IMG/VR virus record: IMGVR_UViG_3300020711_000298
Location: 1-64,000 of that record
Strand: one strand, 5' to 3'
Length of the DNA: 64,000 bases
Origin: a virus
The position numbers and the translations under genes are program-made. Shown here piece by piece: positions 28,801 to 38,098 of the stretch (the stretch's first letter is position 1; each line of letters starts with the position of its first letter). The notes under the pieces were generated by a model. The model saw only the letters and a list, made by a program, of their open reading frames with translations. It did not search any database and had not been told where the DNA came from.

Positions 28801-29526
28801 ACAAAGGGTAACGGTACTACTTTTAACATAACTGTGGCTACGGGTTCAGGTGGTGGTGGAGGCGGTGGTAATATTACAGGTTCTTTTAGTGATTATCCAA
28901 ATTACATGGTGTTAACTTCAGGTTCTAACGCTGTTACTGATACTCCAAGTGTACAATACATACCTACTCAAAAAGCTTTGTTGGGAGGATATAACGCTAT
29001 TACTTCTCCATACGGTACTTCTAAACCCTTTGGAGGTATGATATCCACTTTAGACCCCGCAAACATATGGCAATCTGGATATTTTAATGGAACTGCGCTA
29101 CCTAACGAAACGGCTGCTACCAATCTATTTGCTGGTCAACTGTGTTTTAGAAACAGTAGCGGACAATGGGATTCATCAGATGCAGTAGCAGAACAAGATA
29201 CTTCAGTAAACATGTTAGGTATTTGTTTAAAAACAGCAACTACGGGTAACACTACTTCGATATTAATCCAAGGTATGTATAGTATAGATTGGTCGGTATC
29301 AGGTCTTACAGATTTTTCATCACCAGCTACGGGCATGCCGGTTTACATGGACGAAAGTAATAACGGTCATGCTGGAAACATTACAGACATAACAAATATA
29401 CTTTCATCGTTTACACCGGGTGAAGTGGTAAGAAAAGTAGGATCTTTATTTTGGTGGGGAAACTCTTTTAGTTCTAACATTGCTGTGGTATACTTTAACC
29501 CATCAGACGATTACATAGTATTATAA
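25834..29526 (+). CDS. Long tail fibre / receptor-binding protein with SASYA repeats
   Basis: 1230 aa Ser/Thr/Gly-rich; LAGLSDVSISGPTDGQALVY and GQIQYNNGGSFGG fibre motifs; many SASYA repeats. Confidence 0.8.
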   Translation: MPSWKKVILSGSSANLNSLTVDTNVTASSFTGSFTGSFLGTASYAVSASWAPGGTTFPYTGSAIISGSLTLTGSFNVTGSTTQTGNNNLLGNTTLSGSIIISGSTTTPATPTIKVYGDMETNGVIKFDPVNKNIDNSISASYVYVSGSTQDLYFSQNGSGYSNTTRLRWIEGNLYTGILNGGLITSQSSTVYQVGSGSGIIVNLNASTGSNPYPTIQYVNWNLVTQSIAALSASYDQQFVAIQSNGTIFAQGTPFTDGQFNTLIPVGLVLHNNNSTINGVKTQPSLAYGWKQRSSIFTQAFGPLKLSGFTLAPSGSSTGSLVVGSGTAFADGANYPIDPNNPSYVTDTGTSVSKIWRYYQSGSSSNGWVYLQNGGAGYSTIDPTQYSNNGTLTAVPGTGPGRNWSIQRVFWFPNSVSKAIVVYYGNAVYPNQSSALANINIEAFVEAPTTAANAVFLGYILVQNNADFTNSSTYTIVPGGLFRSVGGSGGGGSVITTTLAGLSDVSISGPTDGQALVYSNVSTKWQNSNNISASITGNAATATTASYVTTAQTASYVLNAVSSSYATTASYVTGSIHTSTNPALSASYALTSSYSNTSTTASYVTGSIHTSTNPALSASYALTSSYSNTSTSASYALNSTSASYALTASYSTTASYVNTLNQNVLITGSLTVGTSSLGSNENTLVLGPAPGGGTGEGGQLLLQATNVGGYTSASMFDNYQNLTRLLRGTNVSSDAVVASWNMGTKQMQLPAYNSLSSFTGSLVGYLGFDNNGYLLTVSGSGGGGSTSPGGSSGQIQYNNGGSFGGVSVLTFTGGNLYGTGSFTGSFNGVHTGSLLGTASYASQALTASYSNTSTSASYAINTTSASYASQALSASYSNTSTSASYALNSTSASYALSASQVTSASYAISTSVAISSSYALNSTSASYALNSTSASYALSSSQALTASYVTTAQTASYVLNAVSASQALTASNTPNALITASVSSNTITFTKGNGTTFNITVATGSGGGGGGGNITGSFSDYPNYMVLTSGSNAVTDTPSVQYIPTQKALLGGYNAITSPYGTSKPFGGMISTLDPANIWQSGYFNGTALPNETAATNLFAGQLCFRNSSGQWDSSDAVAEQDTSVNMLGICLKTATTGNTTSILIQGMYSIDWSVSGLTDFSSPATGMPVYMDESNNGHAGNITDITNILSSFTPGEVVRKVGSLFWWGNSFSSNIAVVYFNPSDDYIVL
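27544..27727 (+). repeat. In-frame direct repeat (88 bp exact, period 96 bp) in the fibre gene
   Basis: 27544-27631 equals 27640-27727 (YVTGSIHTSTNPALSASYALTSSYSNTST twice). Confidence 0.85.
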
Positions 29527-29538
29527 AAATATAAAAAC

Positions 29539-29922
29539 ATGGGAGTAGTAAACGGCATAGATGCAACTTTGGTTTTAGGAACAATCAATGGGGTAAACAT
29601 CTCGAAGGCAGGAGCTCCAGGTACATCCATTAAAGAAATAAACAATATTCTAGGAACGTCTATAGGTTTAGGTTTTAATGCACCACAAAACTTTTGTTTA
29701 ACACCCTATGCAAGTTCATTAGATGCTTGTACAAACGGACCTACAGACCCTAATACAGGATTCCTTTATACGTCTCCTTATGACGGTAATTTCTATACCA
29801 TAACACATGCTACAGCAGGAACACCTTTTAACGGAGGTAATTCTTGGTATTATTACATAGATAAGGGGTTTTCTTTTCAAATAGACACATTAGGAGTACC
29901 TTTAAATCAAGTAACTTGTTAA
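29539..29922 (+). CDS. Fibre-associated protein
   Basis: Follows the long fibre gene; INGV/INNI repeats and a Cys-containing C-terminal domain. Confidence 0.55.
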   Translation: MGVVNGIDATLVLGTINGVNISKAGAPGTSIKEINNILGTSIGLGFNAPQNFCLTPYASSLDACTNGPTDPNTGFLYTSPYDGNFYTITHATAGTPFNGGNSWYYYIDKGFSFQIDTLGVPLNQVTC

Positions 29923-29933
29923 AAACATAAAAT

Positions 29934-30203
29934 ATGACAACAAACATTTCCCCAGTAAAATGGAAATATAGCGACACAGTAAACGTAACCAAACTATCAG
30001 TTTCTAGTATATCTGATGATTTTAATAGAGCATGTAAAGTATCATGGCAAGTCTTAGACGAATCCGGTGTTGTACACGATAGCGGAGTCATTGCCATAGC
30101 AGGAACTAACTACACAAATTGGGACGGTAATAACTCTTACCCAACCACCTATGTAGCAAACCAACTAGGACTTACTTTAGTTTCAGGAAGTGGTAGTATT
30201 TAA
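29934..30203 (+). CDS. Small fibre-associated hypothetical protein
   Basis: 89 aa ORF with A-rich start context. Confidence 0.55.
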   Translation: MTTNISPVKWKYSDTVNVTKLSVSSISDDFNRACKVSWQVLDESGVVHDSGVIAIAGTNYTNWDGNNSYPTTYVANQLGLTLVSGSGSI

Positions 30204-30232
30204 ATTTTTTTAAATATTTATAATAAAAATTA

Positions 30233-31348
30233 ATGGCAAATACATTAAAAAATATATTTAACCCTGGTGTAGACCAAATAGCACAAACTTATACTATTGA
30301 ATCATGGCATGTATCACAATCAATCGATGCTTTTACAGGCGCTCAAGCTTATGATATAGTCCTATCAGGATCATTTACTTTATCAGGTTCAAGTAGTATA
30401 ATTGGAAGTTTAAATGTTACTGGTAGTGTTTCATCTTCTTTAGGATTTTATGGTACTTCAAGTTGGGCGGCAAATTCATCTCAATCAACTAGTGCTTCTT
30501 ATGCTTTAACAGCATCTTATGCTTTATCAAGTGCTGGTGGAGCAGATAAACAAATACAATTCAATAGTGGTTCTACTCTTTCAGGTTCTAGTAATTTCCG
30601 ATACAATTATAACCTACGTTCCTTTGAAATGGGAGACAATGTAGTAGCCTCAGGAACTGGATCTTTTGCTCAAGGAATAAATACTTCAGCCTCTGGTTTA
30701 TATTCACATGCTGAAGGATTCACTACTTTAGCTAATGGTTATTCTTCACATGCCGAAGGTTCTTATACAACATCTTCTGGTGGATATTCACATGCTGAAG
30801 GATCCAATACTGTATCTCCTGGAGCTAATTCTCATGCTGAAGGATATAGTACAATATCTTCTGGATCATATTCACATGCTGGAGGTATATCTGCTTATAC
30901 AAGTCATATAAGTGAATGGGCTAGATCTAGTACTCCTTTAGGACAATACGGTATTTTATCACTATCTAACCAAACTTCAGGTACAACTCCTGCAAAACTA
31001 CTTATTTCATCTAGTTTGGGTTATGATTATTTTACAATTCCTGTAAATACTGCTTATTTTGTAGATGTAACAGTTATGGGAACTGCATTAGACGCGGGAG
31101 CAAATGGTATTAGTAGAGTATTTAAAGGAAATGCAGTGATAAAAAATTACGGTGGTACAACAGTATTTGATGGTAGTTCTCTTACATTATCTCCAACAAC
31201 AGGTGCTGCTACTTCTTTTTCAGCAAGTGCAGCCGCTGATGATATTAATGATATGTTAGCAATATATGTTACAGGTAGTGGTACTTATAATGTAGCTTGG
31301 TTCGCTAAAGTAGAATATACAAAATTAAATTATATAAACAGTATTTAA
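30233..31348 (+). CDS. Fibre protein with YadA-head-like (SHAEG) repeats
   Basis: Tandem 14-aa S.G.YSHAEG repeats; SASYA; QIQFN. Confidence 0.7.
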   Translation: MANTLKNIFNPGVDQIAQTYTIESWHVSQSIDAFTGAQAYDIVLSGSFTLSGSSSIIGSLNVTGSVSSSLGFYGTSSWAANSSQSTSASYALTASYALSSAGGADKQIQFNSGSTLSGSSNFRYNYNLRSFEMGDNVVASGTGSFAQGINTSASGLYSHAEGFTTLANGYSSHAEGSYTTSSGGYSHAEGSNTVSPGANSHAEGYSTISSGSYSHAGGISAYTSHISEWARSSTPLGQYGILSLSNQTSGTTPAKLLISSSLGYDYFTIPVNTAYFVDVTVMGTALDAGANGISRVFKGNAVIKNYGGTTVFDGSSLTLSPTTGAATSFSASAAADDINDMLAIYVTGSGTYNVAWFAKVEYTKLNYINSI

Positions 31349-31361
31349 AAATAAATAAAAT

Positions 31362-31613
31362 ATGGAAACAAAAGTTTTAACACAAGAAGAATTACAAGAA
31401 ATTAAAAACATTCAAAAAGAAAAAACATCTTTAATTGAACAATTTGGTATTTTAGAATACAACCTTCAAGATCTTGAACATCAAAAACAAGAATTAAAAG
31501 CAAATTTAATTAAACTAAAAGGACAAGAATTTGAAATTAGTTCCAAACTTCAAACAAAATATGGAGTAGGAACAATAAATATGGAGAAAGGAGAGTTCAC
31601 ACCAATTTCCTAG
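31362..31613 (+). CDS. Small coiled-coil protein
   Basis: Heptad pattern; KYG.GTIN...GEF C-terminus. Confidence 0.6.
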   Translation: METKVLTQEELQEIKNIQKEKTSLIEQFGILEYNLQDLEHQKQELKANLIKLKGQEFEISSKLQTKYGVGTINMEKGEFTPIS

Positions 31614-31673
31614 TTTTTTGAATAGTTTTATAATATTTATAACAAAACTACAAACTTAAATTAATTAAAAAAC

Positions 31674-33401
31674 ATGGCGACAAATTTAAATTCTCCTGGT
31701 GTACTAGCGATAGAAAATGACCAATCATTTATCACCCAACAGCCTGTAACTGTTGGTGCAGCTATTATAGGTCCTACCGTTAAAGGACAAGTAGAAATAC
31801 CAACAATTGTTACATCTTATAGTGATTATCAAAATACATTTGGTACTACTTTTACTAGTGCTAGCCAAGTGTATACTTATTTTACATCAATTGCCGCTTA
31901 TAACTACTTTAATAATGGTGGTCAAACATTACTTGTAGCAAGAGTAGTAAGTGGTACATATACATCAGCTACTACAGATTCTAGTTCTGTAGCTGGTCTT
32001 TTTATAGCTTCTACAGGTTCAGCAACTACACAATCATTTTCTCTTCAAACCTTATCTAAAGGTAATATAATGAACAACTCAGGTTCAGTAGACCCTAGTG
32101 GTTCATTAGTAAGTGGTTCATCAGATAATATCAGATGGCAAGTCGCTAACACTTCATTTACTGCTGGTACTTTTGATTTATTAATTAGAAGAGGTGATGA
32201 TAATACAAATAACCCAATTATATTAGAAACATGGACTGGTTTATCATTAGATCCATTTGCTCCTAACTACATAGCTAAAGCAATAGGTGATTATACAGTA
32301 AACTATAACGCTACTACTAACCAAACTGAAATTTCTGGTTCTTATCCAAACAGAAGCGCCTACGTTAGAATTTCTTCAGTAGATTTACCAACACCTCACT
32401 ATTTTGATAATAATGGTAATCCTGTATCAGCATTCACTGGTTCTTTACCAGTAAATAACAGTGGTTCATTTGGTAATGCTCAAGGTGTAATAATGACTAA
32501 TGGTCAATATTATGATCAAATTAGTGATGGTAATAGATCACAAGGTATTCCAAGTGCTAGTTATACAAACATGATTAATTTATTATCAAATTCTGATAAC
32601 TATAAATTTAATGTTTTATTAACTCCTGGTTTATTTGATAGTTTACAAACATCACAAATAACATCAATTATAAACAACACTCAAAATAGAGGTGATAATA
32701 TATTTATTTTAGACTTAGTACCATATTCAACTAATACTCCATCAGCTGTAGTATCTCAAGCACAAACAAGAAATACTTCATATGCTACTTCATATTGGCC
32801 TTGGTGTTTAGTAGTAGACCCAGATTCAGGTAAAAACGTATGGGTTCCAGCTTCAACTTTAATAGGTGGTGTTTATGCTTATAACGATAGTGTAGGTGAA
32901 CCTTGGTTTGCTCCAGCAGGTATAAACAGAGGTGGTTTATCTACAGTAATTAGAGCTGCTCAAAAATTATCTCAAAGTAACAGAGATACTTTATATACAG
33001 GTAAAGTAAACCCAATTGCAACATTCCCAGGTACTGGAGTTGTAGTATACGGTCAGAAAACATTACAAACAAAAGCAAGTGCTTTAGATAGAGTAAATGT
33101 TCGTCGTTTATTAATTGCTCTTAAATCTTATATCTCTCAAGTTGCTCAAAATTTAGTATTCCAACAAAATACAACAGCAACAAGAAACCAATTCTTAAGC
33201 CAAGTAAACCCATATTTAACATCAGTTCAACAACGTCAAGGTTTATACGCATTTAAAGTAGTAATGGATGATTCAAATAACACACCAGATGTTATAGATA
33301 GAAACCAATTAGTAGGTCAAATTTATATTCAACCAACTAAAACTGCTGAATTCATTTACTTAGATTTTAATATATTACCAACAGGAGTTACTTTCCCTTA
33401 A
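31674..33401 (+). CDS. Tail sheath protein (gp18-like)
   Basis: SPGV...E.D, PWFAPAG..RG, VYGQKTL, DRVNVRRL, NNTPDVID, P.K.AEFI. Confidence 0.95.
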   Translation: MATNLNSPGVLAIENDQSFITQQPVTVGAAIIGPTVKGQVEIPTIVTSYSDYQNTFGTTFTSASQVYTYFTSIAAYNYFNNGGQTLLVARVVSGTYTSATTDSSSVAGLFIASTGSATTQSFSLQTLSKGNIMNNSGSVDPSGSLVSGSSDNIRWQVANTSFTAGTFDLLIRRGDDNTNNPIILETWTGLSLDPFAPNYIAKAIGDYTVNYNATTNQTEISGSYPNRSAYVRISSVDLPTPHYFDNNGNPVSAFTGSLPVNNSGSFGNAQGVIMTNGQYYDQISDGNRSQGIPSASYTNMINLLSNSDNYKFNVLLTPGLFDSLQTSQITSIINNTQNRGDNIFILDLVPYSTNTPSAVVSQAQTRNTSYATSYWPWCLVVDPDSGKNVWVPASTLIGGVYAYNDSVGEPWFAPAGINRGGLSTVIRAAQKLSQSNRDTLYTGKVNPIATFPGTGVVVYGQKTLQTKASALDRVNVRRLLIALKSYISQVAQNLVFQQNTTATRNQFLSQVNPYLTSVQQRQGLYAFKVVMDDSNNTPDVIDRNQLVGQIYIQPTKTAEFIYLDFNILPTGVTFP

Positions 33402-33403
33402 TA

Positions 33404-33430
33404 TTAAGGGAAGGTAATTACCTTCTTTAA
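33404..33430 (+). terminator. Hairpin between sheath and tube genes (terminator or processing site)
   Basis: TTAAGGGAAGGT-AATT-ACCTTCTTTAA. Confidence 0.5.
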
Positions 33431-33471
33431 AGCGATAATATTTATAAACAGAAAATAAATAACAAAACAAA

Positions 33472-33960
33472 ATGGCAGTATTAAACCCAAACGAAATATT
33501 CTTTACAGCATTTGAACCTAAACAACAAAACAGGTTTATAATGTATGTTGATGGATTCCCATCATATATAATCAAAGCAGTAAGCGCTGTGACTTTAACT
33601 CAAGAAACAATCGCTCTTAACCATATGAACGTTCAACGTTTTGTTAAGGGTAAATCTAAATGGGGTACAATTACAATGACTTTATTTGATCCAATTACTC
33701 CTTCTGGTGCTCAATCAGCAATGGAATGGGTACGTTTACATCACGAATCAGTAACTGGTCGTGATGGTTATTCTGATTTCTATAAAAAAGATTTAACTAT
33801 CGATATTTTAGGTCCTGTAGGTGATATTGTGAGTGAATGGATTATTAAAGGTGCTCTTATTACAGAAGCTAACTTTGGTGAATATAACTGGGATAACGAA
33901 TCAACTGCTCAAAATATTACAATAACAGTTCAACCTGATTATTGCATTCTTAACTTCTAA
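33472..33960 (+). CDS. Tail tube protein (gp19-like)
   Basis: Follows sheath; NRF, KGK..W..IT.T, EW, YKKD, W.IKGA. Confidence 0.88.
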   Translation: MAVLNPNEIFFTAFEPKQQNRFIMYVDGFPSYIIKAVSAVTLTQETIALNHMNVQRFVKGKSKWGTITMTLFDPITPSGAQSAMEWVRLHHESVTGRDGYSDFYKKDLTIDILGPVGDIVSEWIIKGALITEANFGEYNWDNESTAQNITITVQPDYCILNF

Positions 33961-33996
33961 GAATACCGTCAAATATTATTCATATTGATTTTTTAA

Positions 33997-34030
33997 AAGC
34001 TCACATTTCTATGTGAGCTTCTTTATTTTT
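33997..34030 (+). terminator. Intrinsic terminator after tube gene
   Basis: AAGCTCACAT-TTCT-ATGTGAGCTT plus T-rich tail. Confidence 0.8.
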
Positions 34031-34075
34031 CATATATTTATATATGACACTAAATAATGTTATAAAAAACAATCT

Positions 34076-34816
34076 ATGGACAACAAATTTAATTTTCCAA
34101 CCGAAATGGTTGAATTACCTTCAAAAGGTTTAGTTTACCCCGAATCAAATCCATTATCTTCAGGCAAAATAGAAATGAAATATATGACTGCCAAAGAAGA
34201 AGATATTCTTACAAACCAAAATTATATTAAACAAGGTGTTGTATTAGAAAAATTATTAAAATCTCTAATTGTATCAAAAGTAGATTACGATGATTTAATA
34301 ATAGGAGATAAAAACGCTGTGTTAGTAGCCGCTCGTATTTTAGGATATGGTAAAGATTATACATTTAAATATAATGGTGAAGATGTAACAATAGACTTAA
34401 CACAATGCCCATTACGTTACATAGATGAAACTAATATAACCCCAGGTCAAAATTCATTTAAATTTACTTTACCTAATACAGGAACAGAAATAACATATAA
34501 AATATTAACTAATAAAGACGAAAAAGCAATTCAAGCTGAATTAGATGGTCTTAGAAAGATTAATAAAAATTTTGTACCTGAATTTTCTACTCGTTTAAAA
34601 TTTGCTATTACTTCAGTTAATGGAGATTATGATATTAAAACTATTAGAGAATTTGTTGATAATTACTTTTTAGCTAAAGATTCTAAAGCATTTAGAGAAC
34701 ACCTAAATAATACTCAACCAGATATTATATTAAAATCTAAGATAACATTATCAGACGACACCGAGGAGGATGTTGTCGTACCAATTAATACTAACTTTTT
34801 TTGGCCTGACGCTTGA
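34076..34816 (+). CDS. Baseplate hub assembly / tail assembly chaperone (T4 gp26-like)
   Basis: VELPSKG..Y, MTAKEEDIL, L..GD..A.L.AAR..GYG; between tube and tape measure. Confidence 0.75.
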   Translation: MDNKFNFPTEMVELPSKGLVYPESNPLSSGKIEMKYMTAKEEDILTNQNYIKQGVVLEKLLKSLIVSKVDYDDLIIGDKNAVLVAARILGYGKDYTFKYNGEDVTIDLTQCPLRYIDETNITPGQNSFKFTLPNTGTEITYKILTNKDEKAIQAELDGLRKINKNFVPEFSTRLKFAITSVNGDYDIKTIREFVDNYFLAKDSKAFREHLNNTQPDIILKSKITLSDDTEEDVVVPINTNFFWPDA

Positions 34817-35078
34817 TTATAGAGTATCTTTTTTCACACAAATACATGAAATAATATTTCATGGTAATGGAGGATATGATTATGACACTATATATAATAT
34901 GCCTATTTGGTTAAGACAATTTACTTTTAATAAAATTAAAGATTTTTATGAAAAACAAAATAGTCAAAATCAAGACAAAAATATGGAAAAATCAATCCAA
35001 ACTATGAAAAAAGCAAACGCTGATAAAACTATAACACCCCCAACATATGTCACCAAAGCAAAGGCCTCAAAAAAATGA
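34797..35078 (+). CDS. gp51-like / T-type ORF, probably reached by +1 (or -2) frameshift from the upstream chaperone
   Basis: T7 run at 34796-34802; shifted frame reads FFGLTLDYR...YNMPIWLR. Confidence 0.6.
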   Translation, partial: FFGLTLDYRVSFFTQIHEIIFHGNGGYDYDTIYNMPIWLRQFTFNKIKDFYEKQNSQNQDKNMEKSIQTMKKANADKTITPPTYVTKAKASKK

Positions 35079-35086
35079 GGCCTTTT
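35060..35086 (+). terminator. Intrinsic terminator
   Basis: AAAGGCCTCA-A6-TGAGGCCTTTT. Confidence 0.75.
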
Positions 35087-35112
35087 AATATTTATGACAA
35101 AATCTAATATAG

Positions 35113-37800
35113 ATGGCCGCATTCGATGATATAAACAAAGCTAAAAAAGCATTAGAAGATCTTTCAAAAGAATATGAAAAACTTACTAATAAGAAAATTC
35201 CTACTTTTAATATTAAGGATGATATCAAAGAAGCCAATAATGCTATAACAATAATGAATGATCTTTTAGATAAAACTAAAAGAGAAATGACTTATTTAGA
35301 AGATGGTTTTGGAAATATAGAAAATACATTAGTATCTATAGTTCAAGAATTAAAGAAAACCCAAACACCTACTAAAAATGCAACTTCAGCATTTATTGGA
35401 ATATCTAAAGTAGTAAAAGATCTTAAATATGATCAACAAGAAATAGATATTCTTAATAAAAAACAATTAAATTCTTATAAAACCAAACTATCTAAACTTC
35501 AAGAAGAAGTAAAAATAAACGCGGAACGTTTACAAATTGAAAAAGATATGGTTGGAAAATCAGAACAAGAAATTCTAGCTAGTAAAGAACTCACTGAAGA
35601 TCAAAAATCTATTTTAGTAGGGTTATCAAAAAACTTTGATATTTTTAATGACATAAATAATCTTTTAGATAAAAGAATAAAAGAAGAAAAAGATTATGAA
35701 AAAGCTTTAGGTATTACTGGAGCCACTGTTAAATCATTATCTAGTGCTTTATCTAAATTAGGATTTGGTGCTTTAGGTGAAAAATTAGGTATAAACGATG
35801 CTTTAGATAAAGCAAAAGCAAAAGCAAAAGACTTAGTTAAAACACTTGGTAACCCAGAAGTTGAAGCTAAAAGAGAAGAATTAATTAATAAAATTACTAA
35901 AGAAAGAGGTTTTTTAAGTGATAAACAACTTAAAGCTGGTTTTGGAGGAATAGAACTTAAAAAATCTCAAATAGAACTTGAAAAAATAAATGCCGAGTGG
36001 GGTAATAAAACTCTTAAAACTCAAATCTCTACAAACGATAGATTAGGTATAGCCAAAGATCTAGTTAAGGATTTAGGAACAAATCTAATAGAAAATATTC
36101 TAGACCCAGAATTACTCATAGTTAAAGCATTTGAATTATTCATAGATGCTCTTAAAATATCAGACAATTCAGCAGGTAATCTAGCTAAATCATTTAATTT
36201 AAGCTATCAAGAAGCAGTTGCGTTAAATGGAAAATTAAACGAAACTGCAAATTTATCATTAGATGCCGCTATTAATACTAAAGGACTTAATGAGAGTTTA
36301 ATTGCTGTAGGAAAATCATTAGGATCTAATGCTCAATTAAATACTAAAGATTTAATAACATTCACTAAATTAAGAGAACAAGCAGGTTACACTAATGATG
36401 AGTTAATTGATATACAAAAATTATCTTTAATAAACAATAAAACATTAGAAGATAATACAGCATCAATTTTAGGAGGAGCTAAAGCATATGCTTCTCAAAA
36501 TAAATTAGTTGTAAATGAAAAAGATATTTTAAGAGAAGTTGGTAAAACAAGTGCAGCTGTTAAATTATCTCTAGGAGGAAGTGCGGATGAATTAGCTAGA
36601 TCAGTAATACAAGCTAAACAATTTGGATTAACATTAGCACAAGCTGATCATATATCTTCAAGTTTGTTAGATTTTGAATCATCAATTTCAAATGAACTTG
36701 AAGCAGAATTAATAACTGGTAAAAATCTTAATCTTGAAAAAGCAAGACAATTAGCATTAAATAATGATATAGCGGGAGCAGCAGCTGAAGTAGCAAAACA
36801 AGTAGGTACATCTGTTGATTTTGCTAAAATGAATAGAATACAACAAGAATCTATAGCTAAAGCTGCTGGTTTAACTAGAGAAGAATTAGCTCAATCATTA
36901 ATGGATAGAGAAGCATTAGCTAAATTATCTGAGGTAGAAGGTAAAACTGCTCAAGAAAGATTTAATAATTTAGTTAAACAAGTAGGTTTAGAAGAAGCTA
37001 AAAAACGTTTAGGTAATGAACAATTGGCTAATCAATTTGCTCAACAATCTATTCAAGAAAGATTTAATAATAGAGTAGATAAATTAAAAGATATATTTGT
37101 AAGTATAGCTGAACCAGTTTTAGCTATAGTAAGTCCACTTATGGATTTAATAAATACAATATTACCAGCTATTAATGTTTTATTACAACCAATAATTAAT
37201 GATTTAAAAGCAATAGGAGTAGTTATAAGAGATCTTATATCTGAACCATTAAAAGCACTTAAAGGTATATTTTCTGGTATTATAGATATAATGAATGGAG
37301 ATATTACAAATGGATTTAAAAAAATAGGAGTATCTTTATTACGTTATGTATTAAGTCCATTTCAAGCACTACTTGATGGAATTGTTACATTAATTAATTC
37401 ATTTACAACAATACTTAATAAGATTCCTGGAGTAAATATTGGAGAAATAAAAGCCCCAGACTTAACTAATTCTATAGTTGGACCTAATGTAGCAATGGCT
37501 GATGGAGGTATAGTAACATCTCCTACTCATGCTTTAGTAGGTGAAGCAGGACCTGAAGCTGTAATACCACTTAATCAATTAATGAATGAATTTAAAGAAA
37601 TGAAACAAATAACATCTCCTACTCATGCTTTAGTAGGTGAAGCAGGACCTGAAGCTGTAATACCACTTAATCAATTAATGAATGAATTTAAAGAAATGAA
37701 ACAAATATTAACCGCAATACTAAACAAAGAAGGTACAATAACTTTAAATGGTACAAAAATGGGTACAGCAATGGCTGTAGGTTCATATAAGATTCAATAA
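35113..37800 (+). CDS. Tape measure protein
   Basis: 895 aa helical; amphipathic C-terminal repeats; MADGGIV..PT.ALVGEAGPEAVIPL motif; position after chaperone. Confidence 0.85.
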   Translation: MAAFDDINKAKKALEDLSKEYEKLTNKKIPTFNIKDDIKEANNAITIMNDLLDKTKREMTYLEDGFGNIENTLVSIVQELKKTQTPTKNATSAFIGISKVVKDLKYDQQEIDILNKKQLNSYKTKLSKLQEEVKINAERLQIEKDMVGKSEQEILASKELTEDQKSILVGLSKNFDIFNDINNLLDKRIKEEKDYEKALGITGATVKSLSSALSKLGFGALGEKLGINDALDKAKAKAKDLVKTLGNPEVEAKREELINKITKERGFLSDKQLKAGFGGIELKKSQIELEKINAEWGNKTLKTQISTNDRLGIAKDLVKDLGTNLIENILDPELLIVKAFELFIDALKISDNSAGNLAKSFNLSYQEAVALNGKLNETANLSLDAAINTKGLNESLIAVGKSLGSNAQLNTKDLITFTKLREQAGYTNDELIDIQKLSLINNKTLEDNTASILGGAKAYASQNKLVVNEKDILREVGKTSAAVKLSLGGSADELARSVIQAKQFGLTLAQADHISSSLLDFESSISNELEAELITGKNLNLEKARQLALNNDIAGAAAEVAKQVGTSVDFAKMNRIQQESIAKAAGLTREELAQSLMDREALAKLSEVEGKTAQERFNNLVKQVGLEEAKKRLGNEQLANQFAQQSIQERFNNRVDKLKDIFVSIAEPVLAIVSPLMDLINTILPAINVLLQPIINDLKAIGVVIRDLISEPLKALKGIFSGIIDIMNGDITNGFKKIGVSLLRYVLSPFQALLDGIVTLINSFTTILNKIPGVNIGEIKAPDLTNSIVGPNVAMADGGIVTSPTHALVGEAGPEAVIPLNQLMNEFKEMKQITSPTHALVGEAGPEAVIPLNQLMNEFKEMKQILTAILNKEGTITLNGTKMGTAMAVGSYKIQ
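37514..37707 (+). repeat. Exact 96-bp tandem duplication in the tape measure gene
   Basis: TSPTHALVGEAGPEAVIPLNQLMNEFKEMKQI encoded twice by identical DNA. Confidence 0.9.
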
Positions 37801-37828
37801 CTTTTAATATTTATAAACAAAAAACAAC

Positions 37829-38098
37829 ATGGGACTATTAAATTTATTAACATCACACGCTTCAAATTTAGGATTTAGCGGAGCAACTCCAACAATAAAT
37901 CCAGGCGCAACTCAACAATCTAAATTACATGCTGATGGAAATCAACCATCATATTCTTTAAATGGTGCTAATTTCCCAACAGTAAACGCAGCATATAATG
38001 AATATATTGATGATGCGCCTAATGCTTTACCTCAACCATCTCAATTAGATTTAAACGGAGCAACACCATCTCAATATATTAATCATCTACCTCATTAA
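37829..38098 (+). CDS. Small tail/baseplate protein
   Basis: Behind ATATTTAT motif; PSQLDLNG..P..Y. Confidence 0.55.
   Translation: MGLLNLLTSHASNLGFSGATPTINPGATQQSKLHADGNQPSYSLNGANFPTVNAAYNEYIDDAPNALPQPSQLDLNGATPSQYINHLPH

Noticed and set aside
24026-31348. Diversity-generating retroelement or invertible fibre cassette
   Set aside because: No reverse transcriptase or invertase in the window, no adenine-specific TR/VR pair seen, and all fibre genes are on one strand.
34763-34772. GAGGAGG as Shine-Dalgarno for ATG 34770
   Set aside because: Zero spacing to the ATG; it simply encodes Glu-Glu-Asp of the upstream gene.
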